The notes under the pieces are model-generated. The model was not told the origin of the DNA. It searched no databases and saw only the letters and a program-made list of their open reading frames with translations. A program made the position numbers and the translations under genes. Below are positions 57,430 through 64,000 of a stretch of 64,000 nucleotides of DNA, one piece after another. The stretch is from positions 42,443-106,442 of the forward strand of contig NZ_JAZGGG010000020.1 in assembly GCF_036480315.1 (NCBI RefSeq), written 5' to 3'. How positions within the stretch are numbered: position 1 is the stretch's first letter; every line of letters starts with the position of its first letter. Origin of the DNA: Polaribacter sp. Its GTDB lineage: Bacteria > Bacteroidota > Bacteroidia > Flavobacteriales > Flavobacteriaceae.

Positions 57430-58352
57430 AAAACCATTTCTTGATATGTAAGAATTGTTTCAAATCCTTTATTTTTAAAATATGCTGGTGTTTTAGAATT
57501 TCCTGTTACTAAAACAAAATCTCCTCCCCAAGCTCCTAAACTTTTAATTGCACCAAAATAATCTGGAAACAACTTTTCTTTTACTGTTTTTAATTTGATA
57601 ATTGAACTTATAATTTGTTCGTGTTCAATTATTAAATTTTCAAATTTTTCTAAAGAATTTATTTTTAAAAATTCATTAGAAATTTCTGAAATTCGTTCAA
57701 TTTCTTTACTAAAATTACTTCCACTTTCTCTAAACTTTGCAATGCCCTCTTTAGAATCTTGCTTCTGGTTTAAATGAACAAAAAACAAGTTTTCTTTAAA
57801 AGCCGGATTGAACTCAACTTGCTCAACTGTAGGTTTTTCATTTTCTATTTGATAAAAAATTGATGTATTGTTTTGTGCACAAGCAATATCATAACCACTC
57901 CCTTTAAAAGAATTCCACAATAATTTAAAAGCATCTACATTTGCCCAATTTGCAATTGAATTTATTAAGGTTGATGAAGTACCTAAACCCCAATTTCTTG
58001 GAAAATTCAGGTTTGTTTTTATCAAAAATCCATTTTCTGATTCTAAAAAACTAGGATTTAAGTTTTTAGCTTCTTTTAAAATCTCTAACAAAGTTTCCGC
58101 TATAATCTCTCCACTTCCTTCTTTAACTGAATTATAGTTACAACTAATCAAACGAAGTTTTGGCAAGTCAAAAATAGCTTCAAACCAACATTCTCCAGTA
58201 TGCGTAAAACTCTCCCAAATAATCTCTGGTTCTTTTATTTTTTCAACAATTAAGTCTTGCCCGAATTTAGTAGGTACAGCCAATGATTTAGTACCATCTA
58301 AAACAAGGTATTCACCTGTTAATAATAATTTTCCGTTTGAGTAAAAGTTCAT
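57426..58352 (-). CDS. GYDIA-type GHMP kinase, probable phosphomevalonate kinase
   Basis: KLLLTGEY, WGLGTSS, GSGYDIACA, KSLGAWGGDF; start overlaps the HMG-CoA reductase stop. Confidence 0.88.
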   Translation of the reverse strand: MNFYSNGKLLLTGEYLVLDGTKSLAVPTKFGQDLIVEKIKEPEIIWESFTHTGECWFEAIFDLPKLRLISCNYNSVKEGSGEIIAETLLEILKEAKNLNPSFLESENGFLIKTNLNFPRNWGLGTSSTLINSIANWANVDAFKLLWNSFKGSGYDIACAQNNTSIFYQIENEKPTVEQVEFNPAFKENLFFVHLNQKQDSKEGIAKFRESGSNFSKEIERISEISNEFLKINSLEKFENLIIEHEQIISSIIKLKTVKEKLFPDYFGAIKSLGAWGGDFVLVTGNSKTPAYFKNKGFETILTYQEMVL

Positions 58353-60085
58353 TAGATTAAATCAAATTGTTTAAAATGATGTGTAAAATGTTTCACTTGA
58401 AATTTTTTCCAATACTCAAAATCTAATTCCCCAAAAAATGGGTGAACGACTACTCTACTTTTATCTTCCTTAAAAATTTTCACAAAAATGACTACTTCCT
58501 TAATTAAATCTTCAATTGCATCTTCTATCGAATTAAATTTCAATTTTACTGGTTCTTCTGCTAAAAAAGAAGCTTTAAAACCTATTTGTAATTCATTTTT
58601 TGTATTTAAAAAAGGTTTTCTACGAGCGGTTTTATCATCAGAAACAAATACATTTATTTTCAAATTCCCGTTTGCAATTTGTGTAACTGTGCATAAATGT
58701 TCAATCATTTTCTGACTGTTCATTTTTCCAAAAACTGGTTTATCATCTACCTTTAAGGTTGATAGTTTAGTGCGAACTTCATCAAAATCTAAAAAGTCTA
58801 CCCAATTTATTGTTGGCTTTCTTAATTGATTAAATTTAGTAACAACTGCAGAATGAGAAACTGTTCTTTTATCAAAATAAGAAGTAAGTTCTGCTTTTTC
58901 TGATTCTGTTGCTCCTAATTGATTTAAAATATTCTGTAGGTGCATTTTCATATGTCCATGCTGAATTCCTTTAGTGGTAAGTGCTCTTAAAGCTGCAAAA
59001 TTCTGTGCTAAACCAGCTGCTGCTATAATTTGCATTAATGTTCTTGCAGAAGGTTTTTGTAACATTTCTAAAGAAATTTTTGCCATTGGATGCAACGCAG
59101 TTAAGCCGCCAACAGTTCCTAAAGCCAAAGGAAGTTCTATCCAAAATTTAAAAATTCCGTTTTTAATTTCACAATGCGATAAACTCGAATATTGCCCAGA
59201 ACGCGCCGCATAAGCATGAACGCCAGCTTCAACCGCTCTAAAATCGTTTCCTGTTGCTACAACTACAGCATCAATTCCGTTCATAATTCCTTTATTATGA
59301 GTTACTGCTCTATAAGGTTCTATTTCTGCAATTTTTACTGCTTGGTAAAATTTCTCTGCAAATTTTTGTGGGTTTTCGCCACCCAATTCTTCAATTTTAC
59401 AGCTCACTTCTGCCCTAACTAAACATTCTGGAACGTAGTTAGATAAAATACTCATTACAATCTCTATGTCATCATTTCTAAATTCATTTGCAATTGCTTC
59501 TAAACAAGAGTTTATAAAGTTTGCTCCCATTGAATCTTTCGTTTCAAAGGTTGCTAGTAATTGATAATAGTTTTCTAATTGATCTGTTTTATCTACTAAT
59601 TTTATGTCTAAAATTCCACCACCACGCTTTTCCATATTTTTAGTTATGGAAGCTGTAGCAGCAAATAATTCAGTTTTATTTGTGTTAAAATAATCTTCTA
59701 ATTCCTTCTTATTACCAGCAAACATAAAATGTACTTGCCCGATTTTAGTAGTACCAATTACTTTGGTTTTAAAACCACCGCGTGTACTCCAAAACTTTGC
59801 TACTAAAGATGCGGCTGCAACAACAGAGCTTTCTTCAACAACCATAGGAACAACATACGTTCTATCATTTATTATAAAATTTGGCGCAATACCAAACGGC
59901 ATATAAAAATTAGAGATGGTATTCTCTATAAAATCATCATGAAGTTGTTGTAAATCAGTATCAACATTCCAATATTGTTTTATAGTATTAACGGTTTCAG
60001 ATTTATTATTAAAGTAATTCTCTGTTAGCCACTGTATTTTTTCCTCTTTGCTAAACTTTGAAAATCCTGATATTATTTTGCTCAT
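58352..60085 (-). CDS. mvaA: Class II HMG-CoA reductase fused to a C-terminal DinB/DUF1569-like domain
   Basis: ENTIS, VEESSVVAA, DSMGAN, THNKGIMNG, GIQHGHMKMH; about 155-aa extension with KMNSQKMIEHL and HPFFG...KHFTHHFKQF. Confidence 0.92.
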   Translation of the reverse strand: MSKIISGFSKFSKEEKIQWLTENYFNNKSETVNTIKQYWNVDTDLQQLHDDFIENTISNFYMPFGIAPNFIINDRTYVVPMVVEESSVVAAASLVAKFWSTRGGFKTKVIGTTKIGQVHFMFAGNKKELEDYFNTNKTELFAATASITKNMEKRGGGILDIKLVDKTDQLENYYQLLATFETKDSMGANFINSCLEAIANEFRNDDIEIVMSILSNYVPECLVRAEVSCKIEELGGENPQKFAEKFYQAVKIAEIEPYRAVTHNKGIMNGIDAVVVATGNDFRAVEAGVHAYAARSGQYSSLSHCEIKNGIFKFWIELPLALGTVGGLTALHPMAKISLEMLQKPSARTLMQIIAAAGLAQNFAALRALTTKGIQHGHMKMHLQNILNQLGATESEKAELTSYFDKRTVSHSAVVTKFNQLRKPTINWVDFLDFDEVRTKLSTLKVDDKPVFGKMNSQKMIEHLCTVTQIANGNLKINVFVSDDKTARRKPFLNTKNELQIGFKASFLAEEPVKLKFNSIEDAIEDLIKEVVIFVKIFKEDKSRVVVHPFFGELDFEYWKKFQVKHFTHHFKQFDLI

Positions 60086-60228
60086 GTATTGTTCTGTAAA
60101 CTATAGACAACAAATATAATTTAAACCTTTTTAAAAGTATTAAATAATCAAGATTTCTCTTTTTTTAAGATATTTTTTGCGAATTTTTACGTAAACTTGG
60201 CAAACTTTTATTAATTACAAAATCAAGA

Positions 60229-62460
60229 ATGAAAAAAGGGATCATTTTAGCAACTACCTTATTATTGATGATAAGTTGCCAAGAAAAGACAAAAACAGAA
60301 ACATCTTCAAACTTTACTACAGGAACCAAAGAAATTACTTTAGAAGAAATTTGGGATGGAACTTTTTCTCCAGAAAGAATGAATTCTTTAAATTCTATGG
60401 ATGGTAATTTTTACACTCTTTTGAATTATGATAAAGAAACCAAAGCAACCACTGTAGACAAATACAGATACCAAACGTTAGAAAAGGTAGAAACAATTGT
60501 AAATAGTAATGATTTAAAAGATTTAGATGGTTTTTCTTCTTACAGTTTTAATGCGGAAGAATCTTCTATAATTTTAGGAACAGATTTTAAAAAGATATAC
60601 AGACGTTCTTATACAGGTACTTTTTACCATTATAATATTGGTTCTAAAAAAATGACTTTAATTGGTAAAGGTATTCAAGAACCAACTTTTTCACCAGACA
60701 GTAAAAAAATTGCCTACGTAAAAAAGAATAACATTTATATTTTAAGCTTAACGAACGGAAATAAATTAACTCAAGTTACTAAAGACGGTAAATTTAATTC
60801 AATAATTAACGGAATTACAGATTGGGTTTATGAAGAAGAATTTGCTTTTGTAAGAGCTTTTCAATGGAATAAATTTAGTACACATTTGGCTTTTTTACGT
60901 TTTGATGAAAGTAATGTTCCTACTTTTTCTATGGACATGGTTGGTAAAGGAAACTACCCAGACCAACAAGTTTTTAAATACCCAAAAGCTGGTGAAAAAA
61001 ATGCCAATGTAACTTTACATATGTATTCTGTTTCATCAAAAAACAGTAAAAAAATAGCTTTAGGAGATTATGAATACATTCCTAGAATTAAATGGTCTAA
61101 TGATGATGATATTCTAGTGGCAACCACTTTAAACCGTCATCAAAATAATTTAAAATTACACAAAGTAAATGCTTTAAGAAGTAGCTCAACATTACTTTTA
61201 GAAGAAACGGATAAAGCCTATATAGATATTACAGACAATCTTACTTTCTTAAAAGATGATAGCTTTATTTGGACTAGTGAAAAAGATGGCTACAACCATA
61301 TTTATCATTATGATTTCAACGGAAAACTTATAAACCAAATAACAAAAGGAGATTGGGAAGTAACTAATTATTATGGTTATAACAAAAACAAAAAAACTGT
61401 TTATTATCAATCTGTAGAAAACGGATCTACAAACAGAGGTGTTTACTCGATTGGTTTAGATGGTAAAAACAAAAAATTATTAACCAATGAAGAAGGACAA
61501 AGTAACGCTGCTTTTAGCAAAAACCTAAACTTCTTTATTAATACACATTCTACTGCAGAAATTCCACCAATTTATTCTTTATATTCTGGTGAAGGAAAAA
61601 TGTTAAAAGTGATAAAAGACAATGTTGCTTTAAAAGAAAAATTGTCTGAATATAAAATGAGTCCGAAAGAGTATTCGACTATTAACATAAATGGAAATGA
61701 TTTGAATATGTGGATGGTAAAACCTGCAGATTTTGATGCCAATAAAAAATACCCAATGTTAATGTTTCAATATTCTGGACCAGGTTCTCAACAAGTTGGA
61801 AATAAATGGAATGCGAGTAATGATTATTGGCATAATATGTTAGCACAACAAGGAATGGTTGTTGTTTGTGTTGATGGGCGTGGAACAGGTTTTAAAGGAA
61901 GTGATTTTAAAAAATCCACTTATTTAAACTTGGTGAAATATGAAACTGAAGACCAAATTGCATCTGCAAAAAAATTAGCAGAACGTCCTTATATTGATGA
62001 AAATAACATTGGTATTTGGGGTTGGTCTTTTGGAGGACACATGAGTACAAATTCTTTATTAAAAGGAAGTGATATCTTTACAACTGCAATTGCCGTTGCA
62101 CCTGTTACTTCTTGGCGTTTTTACGATACTGTTTATACAGAACGTTTTTTAAGAACTCCACAAGAAAACCCTGGTGGTTATGATGATAATTCTCCTGTGG
62201 AATATGCAGATAAATTAAAAGGAAATTATTTATTAGTTCACGGAACTGGAGATGATAATGTACATGTGCAAAACTCTTATAGAATGATAAATTCTTTAAT
62301 TGAAGCTAATAAACAATTTGATATGTTTATTGTTCCAGACAGAACACATGGAATTTATAAAGGAAAAAATACACGCTTGAATTTGTACACTAAAATGACA
62401 AAATTTGTAGAAGAGCACTTAATTAATAAATCAAATACATCAACTAAAATAAAAGGATAA
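60229..62460 (+). CDS. Dipeptidyl peptidase IV (S9B), lipoprotein
   Basis: DWVYEEE, YPKAG, GWSFGG, HGTGDDNV, DRTHG. Confidence 0.95.
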   Translation: MKKGIILATTLLLMISCQEKTKTETSSNFTTGTKEITLEEIWDGTFSPERMNSLNSMDGNFYTLLNYDKETKATTVDKYRYQTLEKVETIVNSNDLKDLDGFSSYSFNAEESSIILGTDFKKIYRRSYTGTFYHYNIGSKKMTLIGKGIQEPTFSPDSKKIAYVKKNNIYILSLTNGNKLTQVTKDGKFNSIINGITDWVYEEEFAFVRAFQWNKFSTHLAFLRFDESNVPTFSMDMVGKGNYPDQQVFKYPKAGEKNANVTLHMYSVSSKNSKKIALGDYEYIPRIKWSNDDDILVATTLNRHQNNLKLHKVNALRSSSTLLLEETDKAYIDITDNLTFLKDDSFIWTSEKDGYNHIYHYDFNGKLINQITKGDWEVTNYYGYNKNKKTVYYQSVENGSTNRGVYSIGLDGKNKKLLTNEEGQSNAAFSKNLNFFINTHSTAEIPPIYSLYSGEGKMLKVIKDNVALKEKLSEYKMSPKEYSTININGNDLNMWMVKPADFDANKKYPMLMFQYSGPGSQQVGNKWNASNDYWHNMLAQQGMVVVCVDGRGTGFKGSDFKKSTYLNLVKYETEDQIASAKKLAERPYIDENNIGIWGWSFGGHMSTNSLLKGSDIFTTAIAVAPVTSWRFYDTVYTERFLRTPQENPGGYDDNSPVEYADKLKGNYLLVHGTGDDNVHVQNSYRMINSLIEANKQFDMFIVPDRTHGIYKGKNTRLNLYTKMTKFVEEHLINKSNTSTKIKG

Positions 62461-62463
62461 ACT

Positions 62464-63975
62464 ATGTCAGATACTGCTATTACAAATTCAGAAGCCCCAC
62501 AAATGTTCGGTCATCCAAAAGGGTTATTTTATTTATTCTTTGCTGAACTTTGGGAACGATTTAGTTTCTATGGAATGAGGGCGTTATTAACGCTTTACAT
62601 GGTTGAGAAGATTTTTGTTGCTATTACTGAACGAGACTCGGCAACAGCTGTTGTATACGCTTCATATGGCTCACTGGTTTATGCCTCTACTGTAATTGGC
62701 GGGCAAATTTCTGATAAAATTTTAGGAATGCGTGCCTCAATTTTTTTAGGTGGAATTTTAATGGCGTTAGGCCATTTTGTTTTAGCTATAGAAAACGATA
62801 TCGCTTTCTTTTTGGCTTTGGCTTTAATAGTTGTTGGAAATGGTTTCTTCAAACCTAATATTTCAACTTTTGTGGGTGCTTTATACAAAGATGGTGACGT
62901 AAGAAAAGATTCTGGTTTTACTATTTTCTATATGGGGATTAACATTGGCGGAATGGTTGCTCCTTTTTTATGTGCATGGTTAGCTGTTGAATATGGTTAT
63001 CACTATGGATTTGGTTTAGCGGGAATTGGAATGTTAGCAGGTTTAATTTTCTTTTGGAGTGGAATTAAAAAGAATGTTTTTGGAGATAAAGGAATGCCAC
63101 CAAGCAAAGAGATTTATGAAAAGAAAGTTTTAGGTATACCACAAAAGACACTTATTCCAATTATTGCATTTTTATCAGCACCAGGAATAGCATGGTTATT
63201 AGCATCATGGCAAGCAAACTATGTTACTGGAATTTTTAAATTTATTGGTTTTGCTGTATTAGTATATCTTGGATATATCATTTATAATTTAAAAACTAAT
63301 GAAGCTCGAAAAAAATTAGTTATGGCGGTATTAATTACCTTTTTCATGACTTTATTCTGGGGGTTTCATGAATTATCAGGAAGTGTAATTACTTTATTTG
63401 CATCAAGAAATGTTGATTTAGAAGGCATAATGAGTGCTGGACAAACAAATGGACTAAACTCAATGTTTATTATCATTTTAGCAATTCCTATTTCATTATT
63501 ATGGGGTTATTTATCAAAAAGAAAATTGAATCCAAGAACTCCCTATAAATTCGGTTTAGGATTATTATTAGCAGGTTTAAGTTTTTATATTCTGTCTATT
63601 AGTGGAGGAAGTGCAAATGAAAACGGAATGGTCCCATTCTATTATTTATTCGCTATGTATTTTATCATTTCTGTTGGAGAATTATTTATGTCTCCAGTTG
63701 GGTTATCTAAAATCACAGATTTATCACCAAAAAACATAGTATCATTTATGATGGGAGTTTGGTTCTTATCATCAGCATTTGCTTTTCAAATTGTTGGTTT
63801 TATCTCTGAAGAGCTAGCTATAGAAAATGTACCTGGTCAAGTTATTAATCCTCTAGAAACTTTAAGCGTTTATACAGATGGATTTCACCTAATTGCATTA
63901 TATGCATTAGGAGCAGGTGCAATTGTATTATTGTTCTCCCCATTGATGAAGAAATTATTAGGTAATGTTCATTAA
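62464..63975 (+). CDS. POT/PTR family proton-dependent oligopeptide transporter
   Basis: ELWERFSFYGMRALL, FFKPNIS, GELFMSP. Confidence 0.95.
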   Translation: MSDTAITNSEAPQMFGHPKGLFYLFFAELWERFSFYGMRALLTLYMVEKIFVAITERDSATAVVYASYGSLVYASTVIGGQISDKILGMRASIFLGGILMALGHFVLAIENDIAFFLALALIVVGNGFFKPNISTFVGALYKDGDVRKDSGFTIFYMGINIGGMVAPFLCAWLAVEYGYHYGFGLAGIGMLAGLIFFWSGIKKNVFGDKGMPPSKEIYEKKVLGIPQKTLIPIIAFLSAPGIAWLLASWQANYVTGIFKFIGFAVLVYLGYIIYNLKTNEARKKLVMAVLITFFMTLFWGFHELSGSVITLFASRNVDLEGIMSAGQTNGLNSMFIIILAIPISLLWGYLSKRKLNPRTPYKFGLGLLLAGLSFYILSISGGSANENGMVPFYYLFAMYFIISVGELFMSPVGLSKITDLSPKNIVSFMMGVWFLSSAFAFQIVGFISEELAIENVPGQVINPLETLSVYTDGFHLIALYALGAGAIVLLFSPLMKKLLGNVH

Positions 63976-64000
63976 AAATTAACACACATTAATTAAAACC

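Noticed and set aside
46250-60085. Mevalonate pathway in a bacterium as a novelty
   Set aside because: Already established for Flavobacteria; only the HMGR fusion and the UbiA linkage are flagged

Overview
AT-rich chromosomal segment of a marine Flavobacteriaceae bacterium (Polaribacter/Tenacibaculum-like, judged from Bacteroidetes TAnnTTTG promoters, lipoprotein signals and gene synteny). It is mostly core genome: folP, dacA, truA, rho, a SurA/PpiD-type isomerase, lptC, coaX, tRNA-Phe, rluB, a mevalonate pathway split over two loci, thiN, DPP-IV and a POT transporter. Accessory islets are interspersed. I saw no integrase, transposase, prophage or CRISPR array. Most notable signals not in the ORF track or not explained by routine annotation: (1) a 34-aa, 11-Cys metallothionein-like ORF (253-357) directly upstream of a SigZ-type ECF sigma factor with a Cys-rich tail and no anti-sigma gene; (2) an HMG-CoA reductase fused to a C-terminal DinB/DUF1569-like His-triad domain; (3) a 24-codon leader peptide with terminator/antiterminator upstream of an MFS exporter; (4) a perfect 21-bp nested palindrome upstream of a response regulator-lipoprotein-TPR kinase locus; (5) two families of small repeats (TGTCA-tagged REP/dRS3-like and Flavo-1-like), one nested in the other, with compensatory base changes, clustered around an orphan exbD; (6) three frameshifted genes, two of them broken at simple repeats. 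All family assignments come from motif recognition, not database searches.
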